Shown: positions 9,040-20,325 of the stretch, in pieces
Numbering within the stretch: the stretch's first letter is position 1
How the letters are laid out: each line of letters opens with the position of its first letter
Notes under the pieces: generated by a model
The model's input: the letters and a program-made list of their open reading frames with translations, nothing else
Told to the model about the DNA's origin: nothing
Database searches by the model: none
NCBI GenBank assembly: GCA_963675295.2
Contig: CAXXKJ010000002.1
Location: 3,168,001-3,232,000 of the forward strand
DNA: 64,000 bases
Source of the DNA: a bacterium
GTDB taxonomy: Bacteria > Electryoneota > Electryoneia > Electryoneales > Electryoneaceae
Direction: 5' to 3'
Made by a program: the position numbers and the translations under genes

Positions 9040-10435
9040 TGACGAACAGGCACGGCGGGTAGTGCGCAAGTCAATCGCCGGATTACTTGGCTATGATGTG
9101 GTCGAATGTGCCACCGTCGACAGGGCGCTCGACTTGCACCGCTCGGATCCATTCAAGCTGATCCTCAGCGACATCCGCATGCCCGGCAAAAGCGGCCTCG
9201 ATCTGCTCGCCGAACTACGCCACAATGCGGACATTCCGCCCGCCGACGTCATCTTCTACACGGGTTTCGCCGACCTCGATACCGCTGTCGCTGCACTGCG
9301 GCTAGGCGCATTCGACCTGATCAGCAAGACCGCCCGCGCACGTGACCTGCTGGACGTGATCCACCGTTGGGAGCAGGAATCCACGACACGCGAGCAGTCA
9401 GCTGACACCTCGCCGTCGTCACAGGTTGAAGAAACTGAGCCTGTCACCTCCGAGGTCTATTTCCCGGACGACACGTGGCTCGGGCACTACTCGGAAGAGA
9501 TGCACGAGATCGTCACCCTCGCGTTACGTCTGCACGAGGACGACCAGGCGCCGGTCCTGATCGAGGGCGAAACCGGCACCGGCAAGGAACAGGTGGCGAA
9601 GCTGGTGCATCATGGCCGCAACGGTAGCGGTAAACCGTTCGTCATTCTTAACTGTTCCGCGTTGACCCCGACGCTCTATGAGAGCGAACTGTTCGGCCAT
9701 GAGGCCGGCGCATTCACCGGCGCACGCAAGCATGGCGCGCCCGGCAAGCTCGCCGCGGCAGACGGTGGCACGTTGTTTCTCGACGAAATCGGCGAGATGC
9801 CGCTGGACTTGCAGCCTAAGCTGCTTCAATTCCTTCAATCACGGCAGTATTACCCCGTCGGCGGAGTGGAACCGAAACAGGTCCGTGTTCGCATCATCGC
9901 GGCAACCAACCGCAGCCTCGCGGAGATGGTCGAAGCAGGCAGTTTCCGTCGTGACCTGTTCTACCGGCTGAACATGATGCGGATGCAACTCCCGCCTTTG
10001 CGTGACATGTCCGAATCGATCGGCCCGTTGGCTCAGCGGATGCTGGTCGAAGCCGCGCGTGAGAAGCACCGCCGATTTAAAAGCATTCACCCGGATGCCA
10101 TCACCCGGCTGCAGACCTACCCCTGGCCCGGGAATATCCGTGAGCTGCGTAACGTAATCGAGCGCGCCATCCTGCTCAATGACGCGCCCGAGTTGCTCCC
10201 GCAACACCTGCCAATCCTGGCGGCGGATCTCGATGAACGACGTGACGTCGTATCCCTCGGCGACTTGTCGTTCACGCTGCCTCTGGATTCCCTGCCGCTT
10301 GAGACGCTCGAACGGGAGGTGATCGTCGCCGCACTCAACCGGTTTGATGGCAACCAGAGCCGCGCGGCGGACTACCTCGGCCTCTCCCGCTACGCATTGA
10401 AACGCCGGTTGGAGAAGTACGGGCTCAACGGCTGA
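9017..10435 (+). CDS. Sigma54-dependent response regulator (REC-AAA+-Fis HTH)
   Basis: [42 protein letters not shown]-terminal HTH. Confidence 0.95.
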   Translation: MRILYVDDDEQARRVVRKSIAGLLGYDVVECATVDRALDLHRSDPFKLILSDIRMPGKSGLDLLAELRHNADIPPADVIFYTGFADLDTAVAALRLGAFDLISKTARARDLLDVIHRWEQESTTREQSADTSPSSQVEETEPVTSEVYFPDDTWLGHYSEEMHEIVTLALRLHEDDQAPVLIEGETGTGKEQVAKLVHHGRNGSGKPFVILNCSALTPTLYESELFGHEAGAFTGARKHGAPGKLAAADGGTLFLDEIGEMPLDLQPKLLQFLQSRQYYPVGGVEPKQVRVRIIAATNRSLAEMVEAGSFRRDLFYRLNMMRMQLPPLRDMSESIGPLAQRMLVEAAREKHRRFKSIHPDAITRLQTYPWPGNIRELRNVIERAILLNDAPELLPQHLPILAADLDERRDVVSLGDLSFTLPLDSLPLETLEREVIVAALNRFDGNQSRAADYLGLSRYALKRRLEKYGLNG

Positions 10436-10463
10436 TCACTCTCACCCCGATGTAGTTCCAGCC

Positions 10464-10612
10464 TGGGCGAAATCACCCATCTCCCTGTTTCGCCCCTCGC
10501 AGATCCGCCCGGCGCGGGCGTTTTCGCGCGCCAACGCCGCCTCAGACGAAGCCTCTAAGCTAATGATTACCAGTATGTTGCCCGTCATCCGCACGACTGG
10601 CATGCGCTTTGA
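10464..10612 (+). promoter_or_regulatory. Putative sigma54 promoter and enhancer upstream of cysC
   Basis: TGGCATG-cgct-TTGA at 10598-10612 (GG-N10-GA variant). Near-palindrome TGGGCGAAATCACCCA at 10464-10479. Adjacent to a bEBP gene. Confidence 0.55.
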
Positions 10613-10677
10613 CTATGTGTGTGGAAACGAACTGTCACACGTACCGCCTCGCCGGTACTCGCAGCAGGGAGAATCAT

Positions 10678-11316
10678 ATGATCGAACGCAAGGCGACCAA
10701 TATCACGCGGCACGAAGGGCATGTCAGCCGCGCCATCCGTGAGACATTGCTCGGCCAGAAGGGCTGCACGATCTGGCTGACCGGGCTACCATCCTCGGGT
10801 AAAAGCACGACAGCCTTCACGCTGGAACATGAGCTGGTGCAGCAGGGGCATCTCGCGTACGTGCTGGACGGCGACAACATCCGCTTCGGCCTCAATCGAA
10901 ACCTAGGTTTTTCGCCCAATGACCGCGCGGAAAACATCAGACGGATCGGTGAGGTCGCGCTGCTGTTTGCGGATACCGGCGTCATCGCAATCACCAGCTT
11001 CATCTCCCCGTACCGTGAAGATCGTGACCTCGTGCGGGAACGCCACAATGATCTCGGCATTCCGTTCATCGAGGTCTTCGTCGACACCCCGCTGCGTGTC
11101 TGCGAGGAACGGGATCCCAAAGGTCTGTTCAAGAAGGCTCGCGAGGGTGTGATCAAGGATTTCACCGGAATCGACGCGCCGTACGAAAAGCCGGTTGTGC
11201 CCGACTTGGTGCTGAAAACCGACCACATGACGCCCGAGGAGACAGCGTTCCAGATCGTCGATTTCCTGCAGTCCCAGGCGCTGCTTCCGGGAGCTGTTGA
11301 TCGGGCGCTGGCCTGA
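10678..11316 (+). CDS. cysC: Adenylyl-sulfate kinase
   Basis: IWLTGLPSSGKST, LDGDNIR, DRAENIRR, ISPY, RDPKGL, FTGIDAPYE. Confidence 0.96.
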   Translation: MIERKATNITRHEGHVSRAIRETLLGQKGCTIWLTGLPSSGKSTTAFTLEHELVQQGHLAYVLDGDNIRFGLNRNLGFSPNDRAENIRRIGEVALLFADTGVIAITSFISPYREDRDLVRERHNDLGIPFIEVFVDTPLRVCEERDPKGLFKKAREGVIKDFTGIDAPYEKPVVPDLVLKTDHMTPEETAFQIVDFLQSQALLPGAVDRALA

Positions 11317-11322
11317 GGCGGA

Positions 11323-13023
11323 TTGAACGTGAACACGCACTCCCAACCCACGGGCCGCATGCTGCGTCGGCGAATTATCGCGGCAATTCTGGCGGTCTCC
11401 CTTCTACCGGTCCTGCTGCTGGGTGTCGGCTCGTGGGTTGTTTTTGGACGATTGCTCGATCAGAAGGCGATGGATCTGCAACGCGCCGTGGTGAGTCATC
11501 ACGCGGAATCCGTTGACTCCTTCATGCAACAACAGGTCGACATGCTGACACTGATACCCGGCCTGAGCAGCATGAGCGAGATTCTCGCGGATGGGTCACC
11601 ACGCGCCGTGTTGCAGCAGCTCAATGAAACCAGTAGCGGCGCGTTCGTCGATCTTGGCGTGATCGATCACCTTGGACGGCATTGTGGTTACACCGGTCCC
11701 TACGAACTGCTCGACAAGAAGTACGCGAATGAAACGTGGTTCCGTGAGGTGATGAAGCAGGGGGTGTATGTAAGCGACGTGTTCCTCGGCTTTCGCGGCG
11801 TGCCACATGTGATCATTGCGGTTCGGGTCAACACGGACAGCGATCCGTGGATTTTGCGTGCGACGATCAGCAGCGACCGGCTGAAAGCGAACCTGCTGGC
11901 GGCGTCGCTGGGGGAACATGGCGATGTCTGGCTGCTGAACCAGGACGGCGAGTTGCAGAGTGATTCGCGAACGCTGGCGATCCTTGAACACGCCCCGTTG
12001 CCGATGATCGAGCCGTTCGCCGGCGTCCGTGAGGACAAACTGGCCATTGACGGGGAAGCGTACCTCGTGGTCAGCCGCTGGATCAACCATGGCCGCTGGC
12101 TGCTGGCGGCGGTGCAGCCTGAAGCGGAAGTGCGCGCGCCGATCCGCCGGGCGATGCTGCTTGGCATAGCGGTGGTCGTCATCGCCATCGTGATCGTCTT
12201 CTTCACCACGCTGTTCGCCACATGGCGCCTGACCCGTCTGATCGACAAAACCACCGATGAGCGGGACCGTCTGCAGCAGGCGTTCAACCGGTCGGCAAAG
12301 CTGTCATCAGTCGGCGAACTGGCGACCGGCCTCGCGCATGAGATCAACAACCCGCTCGCGATTATCGGCGCCGAACAGACCAACCTGCGCGACCTGCTGG
12401 CTGAATCAAACGGCCACGCTTCCCACAAATCCGAGCTGCTGGAATCGGTCGATCGTGTTGACCGGCAGGTCAAGCGCTGTGCGTCGATCACCACACGCAT
12501 GCTGCAGTTTGGCCGCAAGCAGGCGGGCGAATCGCGTCCGCTGGTGCTGCTCGACCGTCTCAGCGAAATCGTGGACGGTCTCGAGCGGCAACTGACGCTG
12601 CACAACATCACCGTTGACCTTAAGGTCCCCGCCGATCTGCCGCAGGTCCTGACCGAACCGATAGAATTCGAACAGGTAATGCACAACCTGTTCGGGAACG
12701 CGATGCACGCGATGCCAGATGGCGGGACGATCACTCTGCGTGCCTACCCGAATCTGACCAGCAACGGCTGGCGTGTGATCCTCGAAGTGAGTGATACCGG
12801 CAGCGGCATGCCCGCGGAAATCGCGGAACGTGCGTTCGAACCGTTTTTCACGACAAAACCGGTCGGCCAGGGCACAGGACTCGGGCTGTCTGTCTGCTAT
12901 GGCATGGTCGCAGGTTGGGGCGGCGAAATCCAGCTGCACAGTCAGCCGGGCAAGGGAACCACTGTCCGGCTGCTGTTACCGGCCGCGGAGATTTCAGCTT
13001 CCATGCAAGAGGGGGTGATTTGA
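11323..13023 (+). CDS. Sensor histidine kinase (Cache-type)
   Basis: Two TMs around SDVFLGFRGVPH; HEINNPL; GTGLGL. Start uncertain. Confidence 0.92.
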   Translation: MNVNTHSQPTGRMLRRRIIAAILAVSLLPVLLLGVGSWVVFGRLLDQKAMDLQRAVVSHHAESVDSFMQQQVDMLTLIPGLSSMSEILADGSPRAVLQQLNETSSGAFVDLGVIDHLGRHCGYTGPYELLDKKYANETWFREVMKQGVYVSDVFLGFRGVPHVIIAVRVNTDSDPWILRATISSDRLKANLLAASLGEHGDVWLLNQDGELQSDSRTLAILEHAPLPMIEPFAGVREDKLAIDGEAYLVVSRWINHGRWLLAAVQPEAEVRAPIRRAMLLGIAVVVIAIVIVFFTTLFATWRLTRLIDKTTDERDRLQQAFNRSAKLSSVGELATGLAHEINNPLAIIGAEQTNLRDLLAESNGHASHKSELLESVDRVDRQVKRCASITTRMLQFGRKQAGESRPLVLLDRLSEIVDGLERQLTLHNITVDLKVPADLPQVLTEPIEFEQVMHNLFGNAMHAMPDGGTITLRAYPNLTSNGWRVILEVSDTGSGMPAEIAERAFEPFFTTKPVGQGTGLGLSVCYGMVAGWGGEIQLHSQPGKGTTVRLLLPAAEISASMQEGVI

Positions 13024-13895
13024 TGGAAACGATCTCGCCCATCCGTCTGCTGATCGTCGATGACGAACAGGAATTCACCGCGTCCCTCGCGAAGGTGCTG
13101 ACACGGCGTGGTATCGCAGTTCATGTCTGCGAAAACGGTTCCGCCGCACTCGACTACCTCGCCCGGCATCATGCCGACGTGGTGCTACTGGACATCAAAA
13201 TGCCCGGCATGGACGGCGAGGAGGTGTTCATCCACCTGCAGCGCCGTTGGCCGGATTTGCCGGTGATCGTGCTGACCGGCCATGGCGACATCCCGCAGGC
13301 GTTTCGCATGTCAAAACACGGCGTCGTCGATTACCTGCCGAAGCCGTGCCACGTGGACGAATTGTACGATCATGTGCAGCAGGCCGCGCGTGAACGAAAA
13401 ACGGCGGCGCGTTCCGTTCTCCAACCGGAACCGCCTGACCCGCCTGCCGCCAACGATGGCGAGGACAAGCCGAATGTGCTGCTCGTCGATGACGAACCCG
13501 AGCTGCTGGCCGGTCTAGTGAATGTTCTGGAACGTCGCGGGCTGGCGGTGCGGACGGCGGTATCGGGCGAGGATGCGTTGGCGGTGCTCGCGGATACGTG
13601 GATCGATGTCGTCGTCATCGACATCAAGATGCCGGGCATGAGCGGACTGGAGTTGCTGAAACGAATCCGTAGCGAACGACCAGATGTCGAGGTCCTGATG
13701 TTGACCGGTCACCCACGTGTGGATGATGCGTCCGAGGCGATAAAGCTCGGTGCGGCGTATTTCCTGACCAAACCGTTCGACACGGCGGAGTTGGTGATGC
13801 GGATCGAAAGCGCGTTTCACCGCCGCCGGCAGACCTTCCGGCGCCGCCAGGAAGAGGCGATCCGCAGCGTATTCGACCGGGGCATGGTCGACTGA
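13023..13895 (+). CDS. Tandem two-receiver-domain response regulator
   Basis: Two LLxVDDE...DIKMPG...KP units. Confidence 0.9.
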   Translation: METISPIRLLIVDDEQEFTASLAKVLTRRGIAVHVCENGSAALDYLARHHADVVLLDIKMPGMDGEEVFIHLQRRWPDLPVIVLTGHGDIPQAFRMSKHGVVDYLPKPCHVDELYDHVQQAARERKTAARSVLQPEPPDPPAANDGEDKPNVLLVDDEPELLAGLVNVLERRGLAVRTAVSGEDALAVLADTWIDVVVIDIKMPGMSGLELLKRIRSERPDVEVLMLTGHPRVDDASEAIKLGAAYFLTKPFDTAELVMRIESAFHRRRQTFRRRQEEAIRSVFDRGMVD

Positions 13896-13947
13896 ACGGC
13901 GGCCGGAAGCTGCCGCAAAACGCATCAACCCACAACATGGGAAGGGG

Positions 13948-14835
13948 GTGAGCATGGAAGCGACTACCGTGAAAGCCGATACCGTCCACGTACTGTTCGT
14001 GGACGATGACACCGATTTCACTCAATCCCTGAGTCCGGTGCTGGAACGACGTGAGTTTACCGTCACCGCGCTGGAAAGTGAGACGCAGGCGCTGGACTAT
14101 CTCGATCATGTTGTCCCGGATGTGATCCTGCTCGACCTCAAGCTGAACGGCGGCAGCGGCACCGATCTGCTGCAAAAGATCCGTGAGAAGGACAATCAGA
14201 CGCCGGTGATCATCCTCACCGGGCACGGGTCGATGGACAGCGTGGTGAGTTCGATCCGGTTCGGCGTATCCGACTACCTGCAGAAGCCGGTGGACATTGA
14301 TCTGCTGGTCGAACACCTGCTCGATTGCACGAGCAATGTCGCCCGGCAACCGATGCGTGAACGGTCGCTGGTCGAGTTGATGCGGCCGGTGTCACTTTAC
14401 CCGAAGCTGCTCTGCAACCAGCCAATTGAGGACGCGCTGTATGTCGTCCGCAAATGGTGTTTCCCTGACGAAAACGATCCGGATCATGTCCGTTCGGCAC
14501 TGGTGTACGAACCCAACGGCGACTTCATCGGGATGCTCCGCTTTCACGATCTGCTGTCACTGGTACTGCCGGAATACTTGCGGGAATCCAGTCATCCGAA
14601 CTTTTTCCCGGGCATGGTCCTCGCCCAGTGCAAGCTGATTGACCACATGCGGGTGCTGGCGTTGATGAGCAAGCAGGTTTACATCCGCCAAAACGCGCCG
14701 CTGATGGAGGCGGTGCAGCTGATGGTCAAGCATCACGTGGTCAACCTGCCGGTGATGGACGGCAAGCGGCTGGCGGGGGTGTTGCGCGAACGGGATGTTG
14801 TCCGGATGCTGCTCGATTGCATGTACACGAAGTAA
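13948..14835 (+). CDS. Response regulator with C-terminal CBS pair
   Basis: REC (VLFVDDD, LLDLK, KP), then CBS (APLMEAVQLM...LPVMDGKRLAGVL). Confidence 0.88.
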   Translation: MSMEATTVKADTVHVLFVDDDTDFTQSLSPVLERREFTVTALESETQALDYLDHVVPDVILLDLKLNGGSGTDLLQKIREKDNQTPVIILTGHGSMDSVVSSIRFGVSDYLQKPVDIDLLVEHLLDCTSNVARQPMRERSLVELMRPVSLYPKLLCNQPIEDALYVVRKWCFPDENDPDHVRSALVYEPNGDFIGMLRFHDLLSLVLPEYLRESSHPNFFPGMVLAQCKLIDHMRVLALMSKQVYIRQNAPLMEAVQLMVKHHVVNLPVMDGKRLAGVLRERDVVRMLLDCMYTK

Positions 14836-14873
14836 CGCTGAAAACGAAATCACGGGAAGAAGGGTTCAGGGAG

Positions 14874-16145
14874 ATGCGGAAACTAGGTACGGTCCTCGCG
14901 CTGCTGTTCTACACACTGGGAGTGGCGCGGGCGGATATTGAGATTGTCACGACGGACGATGGATTCAACCTGTCGCTGGACGCGAATGTCCGTGCGAGAT
15001 ATGAGCTGGACGCCCGCGATTTCAACGCCGACACCGGCATGTCGGACTATGGCAACCTGCGCACGATGATCGGCGTCAAGGTGCAGCCGAATGACCACGT
15101 GCTGTTGCGTGCGAAGTTCAAGGAATCACGCTATCTCGGGACGCAACAGTCGAACAACCTTCCCACCGCGCAGCTGCAGATGCAGGAAGCGTACATGCGC
15201 GTGAATCGCCTCTGGGACAAGGACATCGCACTGCAGGTGGGAAGGTTTGAAATGTCCCATGGGCGTTATCGGATTCTCGGCACCGGAACATGGAACATCA
15301 ACGGCCCTCGTGCTTACGACGGTGTGCTCGTCAACGTCGAAACCGGTTACGGGTCCTGGGATCTTGCCGCGGCGAAGATCATCGACTACGAACAGGCTGG
15401 ATTGTTGAACGCGACGTACGGCACCGCGTATCAGGCGGAGAACGCTGACCGCAACCTGTTCGTTCTCGCCGGTTCGCTGCTGGACGGTTCGATCCAACCC
15501 TTGCTCACCGCCGACCTCGACAACAGCCTGCAGGGAGCGGACGATCCAACGCACATCTACACCGCCGGGGTGTATCTCAACCGCACCATCGGGGCGTTCC
15601 GGCTGGATGCCGACGCCGCAGTCCAAACCGGCACGAAAAACGATCGCGACTTGTCCTCGTGGCTGCTGGCGGTGGATGCACGCTACTCCTTCGACGGCGC
15701 TCGCAAACCCTACCTCGGTGTTGGCGTCGATATCGCTTCCGGCAACAAATACGACGAGGATTCCGCAACCGATAACGACCAGGTGTTCTACACGCCGTTC
15801 ATGTCGCGCCACCGCTTCAAGGGCCTGATGGATTATTTCCGCGATGTCCGGCGAGGACTGGTTGATGGCGTCGTCCACGCGGGCCTGAAGCTGTGGACCG
15901 GGGCCCGGCTTGATCTCGACATCCACAACTTCGCCTGGTTCGCGGAAGACAGGTACCTCGACACGAACGGCAAGCCCGTCACGTTCACCCAACTGGGCCA
16001 AGAAGCCGATCTGCGCCTGCGATTCCCCGTTTACGACGCGGTATCGGTTGATGCGGCCTGGTGCGTATTCCTGCCGAACGATGACTGGAAACCGGACGGC
16101 GACCCGTCCCACTTCGCCTACCTGGCGATCACGACCACGTTCTGA
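14874..16145 (+). CDS. Outer-membrane beta-barrel, alginate export (AlgE)-like porin
   Basis: Signal peptide; VRARYE, QEAY, QVGR, GVDIASG, LGQEADL; C-terminal Phe. Confidence 0.8.
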   Translation: MRKLGTVLALLFYTLGVARADIEIVTTDDGFNLSLDANVRARYELDARDFNADTGMSDYGNLRTMIGVKVQPNDHVLLRAKFKESRYLGTQQSNNLPTAQLQMQEAYMRVNRLWDKDIALQVGRFEMSHGRYRILGTGTWNINGPRAYDGVLVNVETGYGSWDLAAAKIIDYEQAGLLNATYGTAYQAENADRNLFVLAGSLLDGSIQPLLTADLDNSLQGADDPTHIYTAGVYLNRTIGAFRLDADAAVQTGTKNDRDLSSWLLAVDARYSFDGARKPYLGVGVDIASGNKYDEDSATDNDQVFYTPFMSRHRFKGLMDYFRDVRRGLVDGVVHAGLKLWTGARLDLDIHNFAWFAEDRYLDTNGKPVTFTQLGQEADLRLRFPVYDAVSVDAAWCVFLPNDDWKPDGDPSHFAYLAITTTF

Positions 16146-16219
16146 TTCCATCGAATAGGGAAACGACGACCCGCAGACCTGAAGCTTGGGCACAGGCCTG
16201 CGGTTGTGGGAGATAAACG

Positions 16220-17290
16220 ATGAAAACGAAGTGTGCACTAGTAACGATTGTCACAGCGGCTCTATTCCTGTTCACAGCCGGTTGCGGGAAGAAACAACTG
16301 GATACCGGCACGCCGGTTACGCTGCTCAACGTGTCCTACGATCCAACACGCGAGTTGTACCGCGAATACAACGCCCGGTTTTCGCAGAGCTGGCTGGCGC
16401 AGACAGGCCAGACTGTCACCATCGAAATGTCGCACGGCGGGTCAGGCAAACAGGCGCGGTCTGTAATCGACGGGCTGGAGGCGGATGTGGTTACGCTGGC
16501 GACGGCGTCCGACATCAACGCCATCGCCGCGAACTCCGGCCTGTTGCCGGTAACCTGGCAGTCGCAACGTCCGCACAACAGCGCGCCGTATTACTCGACG
16601 ATGGTGTTCATCGTGCGGGAAGGGAATCCGAAGCATATCCGCGACTGGGGTGATCTGGTGCGGGAAGACGTTTCCGTCATCACGCCGAATCCGAAGACTT
16701 CCGGCGCGGCGCGTTGGAGCTACCTCGCAGCGTGGGCATGGGCGATGCACAACACGCCAGATTCTTCGCTTGCCACGGACTTAAGTCCATCGCAATACAG
16801 CCACGTCCGCGCCTGGATGGCTGACCTCTACGCCAATGTCCCGGTGCTCGACAGCGGCGCACGCGGCGCGTCCAACACCTTCACCCAGAACCAGCTCGGG
16901 GACGTGCTGATCAACTGGGAGAACGAAGCGTTCCTGATGAACGAGGAGATGGCGGATCAGGGCTTCGAGATCGTCGTGCCTTCGATCAGCATCCTCGCCG
17001 AACCGCCGGTCGCGCTGCTACCGGTGAACGCGAAGAAACACGGAACGGAAACAGTCGCCAACGCCTACCTCGATTCGCTGTACACCTGGACCACGCAGAA
17101 GATGGTCGGGCAATTCCATTACCGACCACGCAATCAGGAAGCGTTCGCCCTGTACACGGACAAATTCCCCGAGCTGAACCTGGTCACCGTGGATGACTTC
17201 GGCGGCTGGGGCAAGGCGCAGGCCGAGCATTTCAATGACGGCGGCGTGTTTGACGACATCATGCGTACCGTGCGGGAAAGCAGACGATGA
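16220..17290 (+). CDS. sbp: Sulfate ABC transporter substrate-binding lipoprotein
   Basis: LLNVSYDPTRELY, SHGGSGKQAR, TPNPKTSG, GDVLINWENEA; lipobox TAGC. Confidence 0.95.
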   Translation: MKTKCALVTIVTAALFLFTAGCGKKQLDTGTPVTLLNVSYDPTRELYREYNARFSQSWLAQTGQTVTIEMSHGGSGKQARSVIDGLEADVVTLATASDINAIAANSGLLPVTWQSQRPHNSAPYYSTMVFIVREGNPKHIRDWGDLVREDVSVITPNPKTSGAARWSYLAAWAWAMHNTPDSSLATDLSPSQYSHVRAWMADLYANVPVLDSGARGASNTFTQNQLGDVLINWENEAFLMNEEMADQGFEIVVPSISILAEPPVALLPVNAKKHGTETVANAYLDSLYTWTTQKMVGQFHYRPRNQEAFALYTDKFPELNLVTVDDFGGWGKAQAEHFNDGGVFDDIMRTVRESRR

Positions 17291-18117
17291 AGCACTCTTC
17301 CGCACGAGTGCTGCCGGGATTCGGCCTGTCACTGGGCATAACCGTCACCGGACTGTCGCTGTTCGTGCTGATCCCGATCGCGGTGCTGTTCCTGCGTGCG
17401 ATGGGCATCACGGTCGACAAGTTCGTCACCGAGGTGTTCTCCGAGCGTGCGATGGCGACGTACCGCGTCACCATCGGGATGGCATTTCTCGCGGCGGTGG
17501 TCAACGTGATCATCGGAGTGCTGATCGCTTGGACATTGACCCGGTACAGCTTTCCCGGCAAGCGGCTGCTTGACGGGATGGTAGACCTGCCGTTCGCCCT
17601 GCCGACTGCTGTCGCCGGGATCACGCTAGCTGTGTTGTACGGACCCAATGGCTGGATCGGTTCGTTGTTTGGGCACCTCGGGGTACAGATCGCGTTCACA
17701 CCGGTCGGGATTTGGCTCGCGATGATCTTCATCGGGATGCCGTTCGTGATCCGGTCGGTCCAACCGGTGCTGGAAGAATTTGACCCGTCCCACGAAGAGG
17801 CGGCGTCCAGTTTAGGTGCGAAGCCGTCTGCTGTGTTCCGCCGGGTGATCCTGCCGACGCTGCTGCCATCCATCCTGACCGGCTTTTCGCTGGCGCTGGC
17901 GCGCGGTTTGGGTGAATACGGGTCGGTGATCTTCATCGCCGGGAATCTGCCGTACGATACTGAGGTCACCTCGCTGTACATCGTCGCCCAACTCGAGGAA
18001 TACGATTACCAGGGCGCAACCTCCATCGCGGTGATGATGCTCGTCATCTCGTTCCTGATGTTGATGGCGTTGAACCTGATCCACCGTCTGCTCCCCTCGC
18101 AGGAGGGTGACCGGTGA
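17287..18117 (+). CDS. cysT: Sulfate ABC transporter permease
   Basis: VLPGFGLSLG, DLPFALPTAVAG, EEAASSLGA, GEYGSVIFIAGN. Confidence 0.95.
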   Translation: MKHSSARVLPGFGLSLGITVTGLSLFVLIPIAVLFLRAMGITVDKFVTEVFSERAMATYRVTIGMAFLAAVVNVIIGVLIAWTLTRYSFPGKRLLDGMVDLPFALPTAVAGITLAVLYGPNGWIGSLFGHLGVQIAFTPVGIWLAMIFIGMPFVIRSVQPVLEEFDPSHEEAASSLGAKPSAVFRRVILPTLLPSILTGFSLALARGLGEYGSVIFIAGNLPYDTEVTSLYIVAQLEEYDYQGATSIAVMMLVISFLMLMALNLIHRLLPSQEGDR

Positions 18118-19175
18118 ACAACTCACGGTTCCATCCAACCAACGAACGTGGCCGCGTCTGCTTGCGGACGCGGACCGACCGGATCGCGACGACAATCGAA
18201 CGTGACCGTGTCTCCCCAATCCAGCCACGGTCTGCCTCCGGGTTGAGCGACGCTGACGGAGTGGTCAGCACGCAGGCACAGTCTGGCGACGTGACGGCGG
18301 GCGTGTTGCGCCCTCCTCGTCCTCAACCCGTATTCCCGTCCACCCGCACCTTCCTGTCCGCGCGGGTGGTTCTGACCACCTGCACCATCGTGCTGATGAG
18401 TCTGCTGCTGATTCTGCCGCTGGTGCAGGTGTTTCTCGCCGCGTTTCGCAACGGGGCCGGGTTCTGGCTCAGCACGCTGACCGATCCGTTCACCCTGTCA
18501 GCGTTGAAATTAACTGCCATCGCCGTGCTGATCGCGGTGCCGTTGAACACGGTGTTCGGCATCGCGGCGGCGTGGTTGCTGACCCGTCACCGAGTCCCGG
18601 GACGCAGTGCGATCCTGACCCTGATCGATCTACCTTTCAGCGTGTCGCCAGTAGTCTCGGGACTGATGTTCATCCTCATCTTCGGCGCGCATTCGGCGCT
18701 TGGCGTGTGGCTGATCGAGCACGGTGTCCAGGTTGTGTTTGCCGTGCCCGGGATCGTGTTGGCGACGGTGTTTGTCACCTTCCCGTTCGTCGCGCGCGAA
18801 CTGATCCCGGTGATGGAAGCGATCGGGCCTGAAGAGGAGATGGCGGCGGTCAGCCTCGGCGCGCGTGGCTGGCAGATGTTCCGCCGTATCACCCTGCCAA
18901 ACATTCGCTGGGGGTTGCTGTACGGCATCATCCTGTGTACCGCCCGCGCGGTCGGTGAGTTCGGCGCGGTGTCGGTTGTGTCGGGGCATATCCGTGGCCG
19001 GACCAACACCCTGCCGCTGCACATCGAAGTCCTGTTCAACGAATACCAGACCGCCGCGGCGTTCGCCGTCGCCAGTGTGCTCACCCTGTTCGCCGTGTTC
19101 ACGCTGGTCATCAAGGAAGTGGTCTCACGACGGCTGGCGATCACCGAACCCGCAGGTCATGAGGGCAACGCATGA
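18114..19175 (+). CDS. cysW: Sulfate ABC transporter permease (with ~80-aa N-terminal extension)
   Basis: [37 protein letters not shown]. Confidence 0.93.
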   Translation: MNNSRFHPTNERGRVCLRTRTDRIATTIERDRVSPIQPRSASGLSDADGVVSTQAQSGDVTAGVLRPPRPQPVFPSTRTFLSARVVLTTCTIVLMSLLLILPLVQVFLAAFRNGAGFWLSTLTDPFTLSALKLTAIAVLIAVPLNTVFGIAAAWLLTRHRVPGRSAILTLIDLPFSVSPVVSGLMFILIFGAHSALGVWLIEHGVQVVFAVPGIVLATVFVTFPFVARELIPVMEAIGPEEEMAAVSLGARGWQMFRRITLPNIRWGLLYGIILCTARAVGEFGAVSVVSGHIRGRTNTLPLHIEVLFNEYQTAAAFAVASVLTLFAVFTLVIKEVVSRRLAITEPAGHEGNA

Positions 19176-20242
19176 GCATCCGTGTCGAATCGATCACCAA
19201 ATCCTGGGGCAATTTCACCGCGCTGCGGGACATTTCGCTGGACGTTCACGACCACGAGCTGCTGGCGTTACTCGGGCCGTCCGGATCAGGCAAAACCACT
19301 CTGCTGCGCATCGTCGCCGGCCTCGAAACCGCCGACCATGGCGAAATTTACCTGCACGACGAGAAGGCGACACATCATCACGTGCGCAACCGGCGGATCG
19401 GTTTCGTCTTCCAGCATTACGCCATTTTCCGGCACATGACGGTCTTCGAGAACATCGCGTTCGGACTGCGTGTCCGGCCACGGAAAGAGCGTCCCAGCGA
19501 ATCTGAGATCCACAAGCGAGTACATGAGCTGCTGAATCTCGTCCACATCGAACAGTTCGCATACCGGAAACCGTCGCAGCTGTCCGGCGGGCAACGGCAA
19601 CGTGTCGCGCTCGCCCGTGCGCTGGCGGTGCAGCCGAAAGTGCTGCTGCTCGATGAACCGTTCGGCGCGTTGGACGCCCGCGTGCGTCAGGAACTGCGCG
19701 GCTGGTTGCGCAACCTGCAGAAGGAGCTCGGCATAACCACGGTGATGGTCACGCACGATCAGGAAGAGGCGATGGAAGTCGCCGACCGGATCGTGATCAT
19801 GAACGAGGGCCGGATCGAACAGGCCGGCAGCCCGAACCAGCTGTGGGAACACCCGGCCAACGCCTTCGTCTTCGATTTCCTCGGCAACTCGAACCTCTAC
19901 CACGGCCTGGTGCACTCCGGCTTCATCGAGCTGCCCGGCTGGAAGATGCGGTCCAACGGCTGGCCGGAAGGCGGCGAAGTGGATGTCGGCGTGCGAACTT
20001 TTGATGTGCGTATCGCACCGTCGCGGAATGGCTCCGGTCGAGTGAAGCGGCTGATCTCTTCCGGGGAATTCGTGCGGCTCGAAATTGAATTACCGCAGGA
20101 GAAGCGTCTCAACGCTCAGATTCACAAGTGCGACCCGTCCCTGGTCGGCGTCCAGGAGGGGACTCCGGTCCGTTTTGAACCACTGAAAGCCTTTGTATTC
20201 CACGATCAGGTAACCACGGGGGTGCCTTTGACCGTTCACTGA
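19172..20242 (+). CDS. cysA: Sulfate ABC transporter ATP-binding protein
   Basis: [33 protein letters not shown]. Confidence 0.95.
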   Translation: MSIRVESITKSWGNFTALRDISLDVHDHELLALLGPSGSGKTTLLRIVAGLETADHGEIYLHDEKATHHHVRNRRIGFVFQHYAIFRHMTVFENIAFGLRVRPRKERPSESEIHKRVHELLNLVHIEQFAYRKPSQLSGGQRQRVALARALAVQPKVLLLDEPFGALDARVRQELRGWLRNLQKELGITTVMVTHDQEEAMEVADRIVIMNEGRIEQAGSPNQLWEHPANAFVFDFLGNSNLYHGLVHSGFIELPGWKMRSNGWPEGGEVDVGVRTFDVRIAPSRNGSGRVKRLISSGEFVRLEIELPQEKRLNAQIHKCDPSLVGVQEGTPVRFEPLKAFVFHDQVTTGVPLTVH

Positions 20243-20325
20243 CCAACATCATTGCAATCTTGCGACGGTGACTTCTCGTGGGTTATCTTGTGCACAGGAT
20301 CACAAGTAACCCACAGGAGTCGTTT

